64,000 nucleotides of DNA from Clostridiales bacterium (GCA_022009995.1 CP091734.1:128997-192996); one strand, 5' to 3'; counted from the stretch's first letter, positions 32,317 through 43,005 are shown. Notes: generated by a model not told the origin, from the sequence alone. Program-made: numbers and translations.

Positions 32317-33513
32317 ATACGTTTACTCCTGCTTTTTTTATGACGCGGAAGAAATCGGGATAACTTTTGTTTACTGCCTCCGCCCCGTCGATTTCCGCGC
32401 CAAACACTGCCGCAAGCACCGAAAGCGCCATTACGATGCGGTGGTCGTTGTGTCCGCAAAGCGGCACAATCGGCGGTTTAAGTTGCGTTTTTTCAATTTC
32501 AACGCTGTTTTCGTACACTTTAACATTTGCGCCGAATTTTTCAGTTCTTCCGCCATAACGTTTGCGCGGTCGCTTTCTTTTACCCTTAACCGCCTTGTGT
32601 TTATGAACCTTCCGCCGTTTTTATATGCGGCGTACGCAAAAAGTATCGGCGCAAGGTCGGGACAGTCTTTAAGGTCGATTTCGGCGTTTTCGCCGTCCAG
32701 CGCGTCAAATGCGACGCTTGAAAATCTGTCGCCCTGCACGCTGTTTTCGTTGAGCCCCGAAACGCTTATTGTCCCCAAAAGGCGGGAAAGCGCAATTAAA
32801 AACGCGGCGTTCGACCAGTCGCCCTCAACTGTAAATTCGCCGGGCGAAAGCCGTCCTTTTCCGTTTATTTCAAAAAAGTTTTTTTCGGTTTCCGTAATAT
32901 CCGCGCCAAAGTCTTTCAAAACTTTTATCGTCATATCGACGTAAGCGCGGCTTTCGGCATTTCCCGTGATTTTAAGCGTGCTTTTGCCTGAAAGCCTCGA
33001 CAATGCAAACAACATTCCGGTTGTATATTGACTGCTGACCTCGCCGCTTATTTCGTAATTCCCCGCCGAGAGTGTCCCGCTTATTTCGATTGATTTTTCG
33101 TCGGAATTTATTTTTACGTCGCTGTTTTCAAAAAGTTTTTCGTATTCCTTTATCCCGCGCGCAAGCAGTCTTTCGCTCCCTAAAAACGTGCAGTTTTTCA
33201 CGCCTGTCGCAAGCACGACGGGGATAAAAAACCTCAGCGTGCTGCCGCTTTCTTTGCAGTCGAAAACCGCGTTTTCGATTTGCTTTTCGTTTGTCGGAAT
33301 AACGGTCACGATATTTCCGTCTTTCGTTACGCTTCCGCCAAGTTGTTCGATGCACGAAAGCGTTGCCGAAATATCGTCGCTGTCCGCAACGTTTTTTATC
33401 ACGCACTTTCCGCGCGACAAAACGCTGCCGATAAGATATCGGTGAGCAAAACTTTTTGACGGCGGCGCCGAAACTTCGCCCGACGTTTTTGACGGCAGAA
33501 TTTTAACCTTCAT
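32303..33513 (-). CDS. aroA: 3-phosphoshikimate 1-carboxyvinyltransferase (EPSP synthase). One frameshift near 32500.
   Basis: MKVKILPSKTSGEVSAPPSKSFAHRYLIGSVLS...; the C-terminus is in ORF 32303-32518 (...CGHNDHRIVMALSVLAAVF...). Confidence 0.9.
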
Positions 33514-33949
33514 TATTTATAAGATGATTTTTGAGCGCGTCCATCGCGATAAGGTATCCGTTAAGCCCTTGCCCTTCGACGGTGTCGATTGCGACCGCGC
33601 GGACGAAACTTATCTGTCTGTACGTTTCCCTTTCGCTGACGTACGAAATATGCACCTCGACGGTGGGTATCGACACGGCTTTCACGGCGTCGGCAAGCGC
33701 AATGCTCGTATGCGTATATCCCGCGGGATTGAACACGATGCCGTCAACGTGCGAAAAGTACGCGCGCTGGATTGCGTCGATGAGCGCGCCTTCGTGGTTC
33801 GACTGGAAAAACTCGACCTCCACGCCGATTTCTTCCGCGTGCTCTTTGACCTTTTCGACAAGAGCATCGTACGTTTCTTCTCCGTAAATTTCAGGCTCTC
33901 TTATGCCCAGCATATTGATATTCGGTCCGTTCAGAATAAGAAATTTCAT
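33503..33949 (-). CDS. aroQ: 3-dehydroquinate dehydratase, type II.
   Basis: MKFLILNGPNINMLGIREPEIYG...FQSNHEGALID...NPAGYTHTSIAL...VEVHISY. Start taken at ATG 33949. Confidence 0.9.
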   Translation of the reverse strand: MKFLILNGPNINMLGIREPEIYGEETYDALVEKVKEHAEEIGVEVEFFQSNHEGALIDAIQRAYFSHVDGIVFNPAGYTHTSIALADAVKAVSIPTVEVHISYVSERETYRQISFVRAVAIDTVEGQGLNGYLIAMDALKNHLINNEG

Positions 33950-35181
33950 AATAAAACTCCTTTTATTTTTTCGACGACGTCGGCGATTTCGCCGTCTGCG
34001 GGGATTACCGCGTCCGCGCACGACTTATAAACGTCGTATCTTTTTTCAAAAAGATTTTTGAGTTTTTCGGTGTCTGACGACAATGGTCTGTCGGCAGTTG
34101 CGACAAGGTTTTCAAGGCTTCTGTCCAGAAACAGAATTACGCCGTTTCGTCTGAGCGCGCGAACGTTGTTTTCGTCCAGCACCGCGCCGCCGCCCGTTGC
34201 GATGACAAGCCCGTTCTCTTTTGACAATTCCTCGATTGCAAGCCGTTCTTCCTTCCGAAATTCCCCTTCGCCGTACTTTTCAAAAATATCGCTTATGGAT
34301 TCATTCCGTTTTTCAACCACGACGTCGTCGGTGTCAATAAACTTTTTGCCAAAAACTTTTGCAATTTCTTTACCGACGGTCGTTTTCCCAGAAGACGGCA
34401 TACCGCAAAGCACGATATTGCGCTTTTCTTTCAGTATGCGGGCGTACGTTTTGTCGATGACGCTCTCATCTGCGGGTTTATCCAAAAACAACGCCGACGC
34501 ATAAACCGCCTGCGCCACAAGCATATACAGTCCGCCGCGCCCTTTCGCGCCGATACTTTCGGCGTTAAGCACGAAATTTGTGCGAAGGGGGTTGTAAACC
34601 GCGTCGATAACACCCTGCAAATTTTTGAATTTTTTAACGTCGACGGGCGTTTTGTCGGCATTTGGAAACATTCCGACAGGCGTCGTATTTATGATGACGT
34701 CCGCACCCGAATACTTTTCGTACGCTTCGTCGTATGTCACCGTGTCCGAAGACTTTTTTCTTGACACTTTCACGATTTTTTTCGCGCCAAGGCTTTTTGA
34801 AACCTCAACGGCGGTTTTCGACGTGCCGCCCGTGCCGAGTATCAGAACGGTTTTGTTTTCAAGGTCAAGCCCCGCGCTTTTGATGAGCGCGCGCATACCG
34901 AAAAAGTCGGTGTTGAATCCGAAAAGTTTCCCTTCCTTTTTGACAATCGTGTTCACCGCGCCGATTTTTTTCGCCTCGTCGGATATTTCGTCCAGAAACG
35001 GAATCACCGCCTGCTTGTAAGGAATCGTAACGTTTATGCCCGAAAAGTCGCGTTCTTGAAAAAAGCGCGGCAACTCGTCCTCGTCGATTTCAAAAAGACG
35101 ATAATCGTAGTCCGCAATGAGTGCGTGTATTTCGCGCGAGAAACTGTGCCCGAGCGGTTTTCCGATAAGCCCGTATTTCAT
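33946..35181 (-). CDS. aroE/aroK: Fused shikimate dehydrogenase / shikimate kinase.
   Basis: MKYGLIGKPLGHSFSREIH...NVTIPYKQ...GAVNTI... (AroE), then ...IVLCGMPSSGKTTVGKEIA...IATGGGAV... (AroK P-loop), all in one frame. Confidence 0.9.
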   Translation of the reverse strand: MKYGLIGKPLGHSFSREIHALIADYDYRLFEIDEDELPRFFQERDFSGINVTIPYKQAVIPFLDEISDEAKKIGAVNTIVKKEGKLFGFNTDFFGMRALIKSAGLDLENKTVLILGTGGTSKTAVEVSKSLGAKKIVKVSRKKSSDTVTYDEAYEKYSGADVIINTTPVGMFPNADKTPVDVKKFKNLQGVIDAVYNPLRTNFVLNAESIGAKGRGGLYMLVAQAVYASALFLDKPADESVIDKTYARILKEKRNIVLCGMPSSGKTTVGKEIAKVFGKKFIDTDDVVVEKRNESISDIFEKYGEGEFRKEERLAIEELSKENGLVIATGGGAVLDENNVRALRRNGVILFLDRSLENLVATADRPLSSDTEKLKNLFEKRYDVYKSCADAVIPADGEIADVVEKIKGVLL

Positions 35182-36273
35182 TTCCCGATACCTTTTGTCA
35201 TGACGTCCACGCCGTATTTTTGTTGCAGAAGATCGGCGACGGCAAGCGCGGCGACCGCGTCGATAACGGGACAAATCCTTCTTATTATCGCGGGATCGTG
35301 TCTGCCGCGAATATTGATTTCGGTTTCTTCGTTTTTCAAAAAATTGACCGTCTTTTGCGTTTTGTAAATGGACGGCGTGGGCTTTACGGCACACTTGAAA
35401 ATCACGGGCATGCCGTTGGTGATGCCGCCGTTTACGCCGCCGTTGTTGTTTGTAATCGTTACGACTTTTCCGTTTTTCAAAGCGAACGCGTCGTTTGCGG
35501 CGCTTCCTCTCATTTTTGTCATTTCAAAGCCGTTGCCGAATTCCACACCCTTAATCCCGCCGATTGAAAACAGCGCGTGCGAGAGTATGCTTTCAACGCT
35601 GTCGAACCACGGCTCGCCGACGCCTTCGGGCAGTCCGATTATTGCGGTTTCGGTGACGCCGCCGACGCTGTCGCCGTCGGCTTTCGCTTTTTCGATTTCT
35701 TCCTGCATCTTCTTCCCTTGTGCCTTGTCGATAACGGGGAATGTTGCGGATTTAATGGTTAATATCTCGTTTGATGTCGTTAAACGGCTTATCCTGCACA
35801 TTCGCACATTCAATGATGTGCGTCGCAATGTTAATTCCGATGCTTTCCAGCGCGCTTTTTACAATCGAAGCGGCAGCAACTATCCCTGCCGTTACGCGCC
35901 CCGAAAAGTGTCCGCCGCCGCGGTAATCTTCATATCCGTGATATTTGCAAAACGCCGTGTAATCGGCGTGCGACGGCCGCGCGATACCGTAATCGTAGTC
36001 ACCGCTTTTCGTATTTTCGTTTGGGACAATCACGCAAATCGGAGCGCCCGTCGTCCTGCCGTCCTTTACGCCGCTCATTATTTTGAAATTGTCGTTTTCG
36101 CGGCGCGCGGTGTCCGTGCTCGTCGATGGAGCGCGCCTTTTAAGGTCTTCCCTTATCAGGTTTTCGTCAACGACGATTCCCGCCGCGAGTCCGTCGATAA
36201 CCGCGCCGACGCATTCGCCGTGACTTTCGCCGAATACGGTAAGCGAAATGCTGTTTCCGAACGTGTTTTTCAT
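35178..36273 (-). CDS. aroC: Chorismate synthase. One frameshift near 35790.
   Basis: MKNTFGNSISLTVFGESHGECVGAVIDGL...RPSHADYTA...GGGHFSGR... joins ...GDSVGGVTE...RGRHDPAI.... Confidence 0.9.
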
Positions 36274-37271
36274 TTCTTTTTCTCCGATACTAAAAGTATT
36301 TCTTCCGCGGTGCGGTCGATAAACCTGAAACTTCCGATTTCGTCGACGTACACCGTCGAGATTTTTCCGCCGCTCGCTTTTTTGTCGTGCGTGATGTACG
36401 GCAGAAGTTGCGCCGCCGTTTTTTCGGTTCTGACGGGAAGACCAAACTTTGTCATAAGGTTTTCAAGGCGTGTTTTTACGCCGTCGGAACATGCGTACAG
36501 CATACCCGTCGCAACGCATTCGCCGTGCAAAAGTCTACCCTGCTCCGCGCTTTCGATTGCGTGTCCGACGGTATGGCCGAAGTTCAGAACCTTTCTTAAT
36601 CCCTCTTCTTTTTCGTCCTTTTCCACGACGGTTTTTTTGATGAGTATCGACCTTTCGATGATTTCTTTCACGTCGCGTTTCACGTCGGCGTTTTCGATAA
36701 ATTCAAAAAGCGATGCGTCCGACGTCGCCGCCATTTTTATCGACTCAGCAAGCCCTGCGTAAAATTGTCTGTCGTCAAGCGTGCTTAAAACGCGAGGGTC
36801 GACCACGACCGCTTTCGGCTGATAAAATGAGCCGACGACGTTTTTCACGCCCATAAAGTCGATTGCGGTTTTCCCGCCGATTGACGAGTCCACCATCGAC
36901 AAAAGGGTTGTCGGCACGTTGTAAAAATCGACGCCGCGCATATAACACGACGCGGCGAATCCGCCGATATCCCCGACAACGCCGCCGCCGACAGCCACAA
37001 CGCAATCTTTCCTTGAAAACGAGTTTTCAAGCATAACGGAAAGGATATGTTTGAAGTTGTCAAAATTTTTGCTTTCTTCGCCGTGTTTAAGAGTCACGAC
37101 AACGGGGGTTTCGCATTTTTTCGCGACTTTTTCGGCGTACTTTTCGGGCACTCCGTCGTCGGTCAGAACCAGAACCTTTTTGTTAAGGTTAAGGTATTTT
37201 TCCGCGTCGTCAAGCGCGCCGTTTTCGACGATGACGTCGTATTTTTCGTCAAGATTTACGGGTATAATCAT
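36270..37271 (-). CDS. aroB: 3-dehydroquinate synthase.
   Basis: Start ATG 37271: MIIPVNLDEKYDVIVENG...VAVGGGVVGDIGGFAASCYMRGVDFYNVPTTLL...GKTAID...FGHTVGHAIE. Confidence 0.9.
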   Translation of the reverse strand: MIIPVNLDEKYDVIVENGALDDAEKYLNLNKKVLVLTDDGVPEKYAEKVAKKCETPVVVTLKHGEESKNFDNFKHILSVMLENSFSRKDCVVAVGGGVVGDIGGFAASCYMRGVDFYNVPTTLLSMVDSSIGGKTAIDFMGVKNVVGSFYQPKAVVVDPRVLSTLDDRQFYAGLAESIKMAATSDASLFEFIENADVKRDVKEIIERSILIKKTVVEKDEKEEGLRKVLNFGHTVGHAIESAEQGRLLHGECVATGMLYACSDGVKTRLENLMTKFGLPVRTEKTAAQLLPYITHDKKASGGKISTVYVDEIGSFRFIDRTAEEILLVSEKKK

Positions 37272-38374
37272 TTTTCGTATTCCTCGTCCGAGAAGTAGCT
37301 GCCGACAAGTTTCAGCTTGGCGCAAAGCGCGGACAGCTCTTGCATAAGTTCTTTTCCGTTTTGCGTATTGACGTTTCCTTCCGCCTCGATGTAAAAATAG
37401 TAATTCCATTTCAGGTTTTTCATCGGACGGGAACGAAGCGCGCGCATATTGAAGTTGTGTGCGCCGATTATGTTCAACGCGCTTGCGAGCGCGCCCGATT
37501 CGTTCTGCACCGTGAACACCAGAATAAAGTTTTCGTTTTCTCTTTTCGTGAGGCAAAACGGCGTATTTTCAACTCTTGAAAACGCGGCGAATCTCGTCGT
37601 GTTGGTTTTCACGTCGTTGACGCTTTTTTCAATGATATCGAGCCCGAAAACGTTTGCGGTTTCGTCGGAGGCAATCGCGGCAATCGTTTTGTCGCCGCTG
37701 TCTTTGACGAACTTTGCGGCAAGCGCGGTGTTGGAATACGCTTTGACCTCAAAATTGTTTTTCTTTATGAAATCCGCGCACTGCATAAGCGCCTGCGGAT
37801 GGCTCACGACGGTTTTTATCGTGTCGACGCTTGCGCCGGGCAATGCCAGAAGATTGTGCGTGATCGGCACTTCGATAACCTGATTTATATGCAGATCGCC
37901 CGAAAACGTCAAATCCATAACCTCGCCGACTTCCCCGGCATAACTGTTTTCAAGCGGAAGCACGGCGCAGTCGTAGTCACCCTTTTCGACGCCCTCGTAC
38001 GCCTCCGAAAAAGTCGCGCAGGGCTTGTACGTCGCGGTCGGAAACATTTTCTTCGCGGCGATGTGTGCAAACGCCCCCTCGACGCCGCAGTACGCGACGG
38101 TCATATTCCGAAGCAGCGATTCCTGATACTTACAGGACACGTCGATCGTGTTTCTGATGAAGTCGACGTAATACGGTTTCAGGCTTTCGTCCGTGACGAA
38201 TTTTGAATTGCGTTTTGCGACTTCCGCCTCGCGGGAAAGGTCGCGGACGGACAGACCGTTGTCCTTTTTATACACGGCAACGTCTTTCACGGCTTCCATT
38301 CTTTTCTGGAACAGTTGCGCCATTTGTTTGTCGATTTCGTTGATTTCGTTCCTTGCGTCCAAAATATCTTTCAT
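37268..38374 (-). CDS. pheA: Bifunctional chorismate mutase / prephenate dehydratase (P-protein).
   Basis: MKDILDARNEINEIDKQMAQLFQKRMEA (CM), ...VAYCGVEGAFAH...TRFAAFS... (PDT), and a C-terminal ACT domain. Start chosen at ATG 38374 (AGAGG RBS). The ORF is open up to 38404. Confidence 0.9.
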   Translation of the reverse strand: MKDILDARNEINEIDKQMAQLFQKRMEAVKDVAVYKKDNGLSVRDLSREAEVAKRNSKFVTDESLKPYYVDFIRNTIDVSCKYQESLLRNMTVAYCGVEGAFAHIAAKKMFPTATYKPCATFSEAYEGVEKGDYDCAVLPLENSYAGEVGEVMDLTFSGDLHINQVIEVPITHNLLALPGASVDTIKTVVSHPQALMQCADFIKKNNFEVKAYSNTALAAKFVKDSGDKTIAAIASDETANVFGLDIIEKSVNDVKTNTTRFAAFSRVENTPFCLTKRENENFILVFTVQNESGALASALNIIGAHNFNMRALRSRPMKNLKWNYYFYIEAEGNVNTQNGKELMQELSALCAKLKLVGSYFSDEEYEK

Positions 38375-38483
38375 ATAAACCTCTGTCTTTTCCATTATAA
38401 TCAATTTTGATTATAAAACCATCGTTTTTTCACATATTTCGCGCTGTTTTCCGTATATATTGCAAATCGGCGCGGTTTTTCGT

Positions 38484-38514
38484 ATAAAAAAAGCGATTCC
38501 GCAAAGGAATCGCT
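38484..38514 (-). terminator. Attenuator terminator in the aro/phe operon leader.
   Basis: Minus strand: AGCGAUUCC-UUUGC-GGAAUCGCU followed by UUUUUUUAUACG. It lies 30 nt after the leader-peptide stop and ~110 nt before the pheA start. Confidence 0.65.
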
Positions 38515-38544
38515 AACTTACCTGAAAAAAAAGTGCGTCGACTT

Positions 38545-38619
38545 TCAGCGTCCCTTGCAGAATGAAACGTTGTTTTGAAAGTAATAGTAATAAAACTTGT
38601 TTTCGACGAAGTTTTTCAT
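38545..38619 (-). CDS. Candidate leader peptide MKNFVENKFYYYYFQNNVSFCKGR (24 aa). Not in the ORF track.
   Basis: My own translation of the minus strand, 38619 down to 38545. 8 of 24 residues are Phe or Tyr, including the run F-Y-Y-Y-Y-F. An AAAGGG SD-like box lies 8 nt upstream. A promoter lies upstream and a terminator downstream. Confidence 0.55.
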   Translation of the reverse strand: MKNFVENKFYYYYFQNNVSFCKGR

Positions 38620-38648
38620 AATACGCCCTTTGAATTTTCGATATAACT

Positions 38649-38677
38649 ATGATAATGCCCTTTTCACGATTTGTCAA
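38649..38677 (-). promoter_or_regulatory. Promoter of the aromatic amino acid operon leader.
   Basis: On the minus strand: TTGACA (38672-38677), 17 nt, TATCAT (38649-38654). Confidence 0.45.
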
Positions 38678-38714
38678 CTTCATTTCGGCAAAAGAATAAT
38701 TTCAAAAGGTTTTT

Positions 38715-38753
38715 AATAAAAAGAAAAAGAAGGACGCGCCTTTCGACGCGTCC
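38715..38753 (-). terminator. Terminator of the glycyl-radical enzyme operon.
   Basis: GGACGCG-UCGAAAGG-CGCGUCC followed by UUCUUUUUCUUUUUAUU on the minus strand. Confidence 0.6.
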
Positions 38754-38764
38754 GCATTGCATTA

Positions 38765-39590
38765 TCAAAACTCCGTGACTTCTTTATATTCCTCTTTGGG
38801 ATAAGTATATCCGCAAACCGGTGGCATCGAGTTGTAAACCCTGTCGATGTCGACGTAACCAATTCCGTTTGAATCCCGAGAACGTTCCTTTCACGAGCAC
38901 GCTTTCCATCTCAAGGCTTATCGCCATGACGGCAACACGGGCTCCTTTTTTTAAACCGCCAAAAAGTGTTTTATACGGGCTTGCGGTGAACACTATACGG
39001 TCACGCCCGACGGCTTGAGCCTGTACGGCGGGAACGATTGCCGGATATCCCTCGTCATTGATAAACGAGACGAATTTCGGGTTGCCCAACGCATTGAATA
39101 GTTTAGTCGCAAACGGGCTGATAATATCCTCGCCGTTTTTATTCTTCATAAACCCTTTTAACATAAGCACTCTGACCGCGTTGACGCCGACGCCAAAAAG
39201 ATTGAGCTTCTTCTTTTCTGTTATACCTTTTAAATGCGCATAATGCACCTTCCCTATTCCGAAATAGGTATTGAACCGCCACATCTGCATATTGTTGTAT
39301 TTGATGTATTCCTCGCCTTCGGTTTTCATATCGTACCAGTCGCAAAAGCCCGTCCAAAGATTCATATCGAGCGTCAATATCGCAAAGCCCGACTTGTGCC
39401 TTTCGATCATATTGACCTTACTAAGTCCCTGCGAAAACTGCCCCGCAACCATCGTATTTTCGTCCTTTGCCATAAGCGTTGTGATAAGTGAAATATGCGG
39501 ATCGCGATCGGCACCGATAGTTGCGATTACAGCCAACTTTTCGCTTTTTTCAAATGTATTAAAATCATTTGGATTTATTTTTTCGTTCAT
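38765..39590 (-). CDS. Hypothetical protein, possibly a PNPOx-like/flavin-binding split-barrel family member (tentative). One frameshift near 38870.
   Basis: MNEKINPNDFNTFEKSEKLAVIATIGADRDPHISLITTLMAKDENT... The alternative frame after ~38870 gives a more natural C-terminus, ...GFKRNGIGYVDIDRVYNSMPPVCGYTYPKEEYKEVTEF. Confidence 0.4.
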
Positions 39591-40543
39591 TGTTTTTCCT
39601 CCTTTTCAAGTTGCGTCGCGCCTGTGACAAAGACATTGTCCAAGCCTTCATTAAGTGCAATATCCAATAGTTCATTCATACGTTTTTTGGTCATTAACTG
39701 CGTGTTTTTGAAAAACCAGTCTTGATACAGCCTTTCGTACTTATCGCGACAAAGATTGTTGAAAGCACACATTTCCCACCTGTCGAAACGACCTTTTATA
39801 AACCGCGCGATGTTTTTTATGTTATCGTCGTCATCAGTCGCACCGGGGATTATCGGCGTCCTTATCCAAATTTTTGTGCCCGTGTTTTTGACCGCGTCGG
39901 ACAGGTAATTGAAGTTTGAAAGTATCACCGAATTATCTGCTCCCGTAAACTCTTTGTGTTTTGCCCCGTCAAAAATTTTTATATCGTACAGAAAAACATC
40001 GACATACGGCAAAACTTTTTCAAAGTCTTCCTTTTTGCAAAGCCCCGAGGTATCGACGGCTGTGTTTATGCCCGCTTCTTTCAACTTTTTCAAAAGTAGT
40101 TGCGCCTCGTCCGCCTGCGACATAATTTCCCCGCCCGAAAGTGTTACGCCTCCTTCGCGACCGAAATACGCGCGGTCTTTAATGAGTTCGGAAAAAATCT
40201 CATCAACTGTCTTTTCTTCGCCTTTCGTTTCTATTGCACCGGTGGGACATTCCTCGACGCACGCACCGCACACTACGCATTTGTCGCGGTCAAAAACAAT
40301 GCCGTTTTCCGTCGCTTGCACCGCACTTTTTTTGCACGCCGATACGCATGAACCGCACCCGATACACCTGACTGCAATCCACTCGTTTTGTCGCTTGAAC
40401 GATATGCTTTCGGGATTGTGGCACCACCTGCAACGAAGGGGACAGCCTTTTACAAAAAGTGTTGTGCGAAGTCCCGGTCCGTCTTCTGTGGACATTCTTT
40501 GGAAATTAAGTATCAGCATATCAAAATCCTTTGTGGCTTTCAC
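39587..40543 (-). CDS. Glycyl-radical enzyme activating protein (radical SAM with two extra ferredoxin-type clusters).
   Basis: ...QRMSTEDGPGLRTTLFVKGCPLRCRWCHNPES...CIGCGSCVSAC...CVVCGACVEECP... The start may instead be the internal ATG at 40519. Confidence 0.9.
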   Translation of the reverse strand: MKATKDFDMLILNFQRMSTEDGPGLRTTLFVKGCPLRCRWCHNPESISFKRQNEWIAVRCIGCGSCVSACKKSAVQATENGIVFDRDKCVVCGACVEECPTGAIETKGEEKTVDEIFSELIKDRAYFGREGGVTLSGGEIMSQADEAQLLLKKLKEAGINTAVDTSGLCKKEDFEKVLPYVDVFLYDIKIFDGAKHKEFTGADNSVILSNFNYLSDAVKNTGTKIWIRTPIIPGATDDDDNIKNIARFIKGRFDRWEMCAFNNLCRDKYERLYQDWFFKNTQLMTKKRMNELLDIALNEGLDNVFVTGATQLEKEEKQ

Positions 40544-43003
40544 GGGCGATTATTTCGTCCTGAAGTTCACGTCCAATGCTTGTGAAGTACGCGTTGTAAC
40601 CCGTCACGCGCACCAAAAGGTGACGATACTCCGACGGGTGCGCCTGTGCATCTTTTAGCACCTCGGGATCAAGAATATTAATTTGTAGCGCGGTACCGCC
40701 GTTTCGACATAGCCCCTCAAAAACGACTTGAGCTTTTCTTTGTGTTGCGGATCTTTCACCATCGACGTATTGAAAGTTATCGTATGACTGGCTCCGTTGG
40801 GCAGACAATTGCGGTAATTCTCAAAGTCACCTTTCTCACTCTTTCCGCCAAGTGCCTCACCTACCGAGTTGCTGTTTGCCGTCGGACCGTTGATATCGGC
40901 TCCGTTACTGGGACAAATCGCGTTGGACAGAAACTGATTTTCCGTCCTCCCGTTTGCGCTGGCTTTCATGATATATCCCGAGCCAACCCAATAGTTCCAA
41001 CTGAGCATACCGGGGCGATAAAACCTATTGGTTGCGGTGGTTTTATAGTTCCAAGTTTCGTTTGCCCAAAACTCCATGACGTCTTTTGCGAGCTCGTCCG
41101 CCGCCCTATCGTTTCTGCCGTATTTGGGCGCTTTGTTAATAGCTTTTGCCTGCAAGACTTCGTGTCCTTTCCAATTGGCTTTCAGTGCTTTGACAAGTTC
41201 CTCAAGCGTGCATTCCTTTGTCATAAACAAGGTATTTCACGGCAAGCAGACTATCGACGGTCGTTGCAAAAGTAACGCCTTCTACCGTGACAAAATTCAG
41301 TTCCGCCCCGCCCTCGGTGATATCCATACATTTATCGATACAACCGTTGACAAGCAGAGAAAGGTACGGCGTAGGATTATATTTTGCGCGCACGCTTTCC
41401 GTGTCGTTGTGGTGCTCGATAATAACTTTCAACACATACTTCAATTGCTTTTTGAACGCCGAATAAAACTTTTCAAATGTATCCAAATCTTTGAGTTCGC
41501 CCGTTTGTTCGCTCACTCTTTCGATTTTGCTCCACTTGTCCGTCATTGCGTCATAAAACGGCAAAAAGTCGCACCCGTTGCCATAGACGAGTTCCATCGC
41601 CTTCAACAAGTTTACGTTGACGTCAACCGTACCCGATCGGTCGTTGCCTACCATCGTGTTTTCCAGACACCCCACCGACGCATAGTCGAAAACGTTGTCC
41701 TCGTTGATGTATTTTTCGGTGTGCGACATTTTGGCTTCTCTTAAAAGCCCCGCCATACTTCTTTCGTCAAAATTCAACAAAAACGGTGCACCCTGACTTT
41801 CCGACACCATATCGACGATGCGGTCAAGTAGTTTATCCGGAGTATTTCTGTGCAGTCGGACATTGGGCTTCGGTTCAAGAATAGGTGAATAATCTTCGAT
41901 AACGTCAAGGAAAAGATACGTAAGGTCGTTGGTCATATCTTTGCCGTTCTTTCCCATTCCCGAAAGGTTGAAAAGTTGTCCGAATCCCGCCGTTATGCCC
42001 TGATTGCACCCGATTCTTATCTGCGCGTCGTATACGGTGTTGCAATGGAACCAGAAACAACCGAGGATTTCTTTCATAAAATCCTTGCTCATACCGTCCT
42101 TTACCGACTGCTCATAGTATGGATAAAGATATTGGTCGATTCTGCCAAACGACACGCCGGGTCCCGGATATCTTTCGTCGAACATTACGAGCATGTGCGT
42201 GAACCACAGCGACTGCATCGCTTGCCAAAATCCGTTGGCGGGCTCCCATGGCACGCGCATATTTTCCGCCATTTGCAAAAGTTCCGCCTTTCGTTTTTCG
42301 TCCTTTTCGACGCTCGCTTTTTCAAGGCATTTTTCCTTATACTTTTCGGCAAGTTCTTTGGGCATTGTCGCGACGATTTTCATTGCGCGAATATTTGCAC
42401 CCTTTTTACCTTTTTTGTCTTCTTCGCTCAAGGTCGCGTATTTCGTTTCCAGTTGCTCGTATATCCCCTTGAAACCGTATTTAAGTATTTTGGCGTAGTC
42501 TGGGATAAGGTGTCCGCTTGTCGCCCCGCTGTTTCCATACCCGTGCGAAATTAGATATACGATATCTTTCCTCAGTTCCATAATGCGTTTTTCGCGGGCA
42601 ACGCCTTCTTCTTTTGTCAAGCACATGCTGTACATTGCGTTAAATCGCGCGCCACACAATAAGTCCCCGGGCAAAATTTCCTTGGGAATATGATTGACGA
42701 TAAGGTCTTTTTCATAACTTGCCTTTCTTTCGGGAATGCTCTGATTGAAAAACTCGTCCTTCACGGGCACAACCTTTGCGGTCTCGACAAAACCCGACGT
42801 GAAAGGCTGATAAAATGCCACCGTTTCGGGGACAATATGATAGGTTAGTTCGTCAAAACATCTGTCCCACTCTCTGCCGTTTGAAAGCAACTGTATTCGT
42901 TGTTCCATTTTCTGTCCGTTCCTAAAAAGAAATAATCCCTAAGCCACTGCACGCGTGGCGTAAGATTTTTCGGTTTTTTGACAGCATCCTCGTATTTTGC
43001 CAT
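40521..43003 (-). CDS. Glycyl radical enzyme, PFL2/glycerol-dehydratase-like (eliminase-type Cys loop). Substrate unknown. About 3 frameshifts.
   Basis: GGAGGG RBS plus ATG 43003 (MAKYEDAVKKPKNLTPRVQWLRDYFFLGTDRKW) joins ORF 41202-42908. The Cys loop is ASVGCLENTMVG. The Gly-radical motif LLVRVTGYNAYFTSIGRELQDEIIARE lies in ORF 40521-40808. Confidence 0.9.
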
Positions 43004-43005
43004 AT

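Noticed and set aside
35368-36762. Long plus-strand ORF (464 aa) and similar long antisense ORFs (12432-13160, 39909-40658, 53767-54939, 57310-58122, 59065-59787, 29319-30137).
   Set aside because: All lie antisense to genes with unambiguous conserved motifs (aroC/aroB, activase, ABC transporter, clpB, glucokinase and others). They have low-complexity or Arg/Ser/Pro-rich composition, no RBS and no recognisable motif. They are shadow ORFs.
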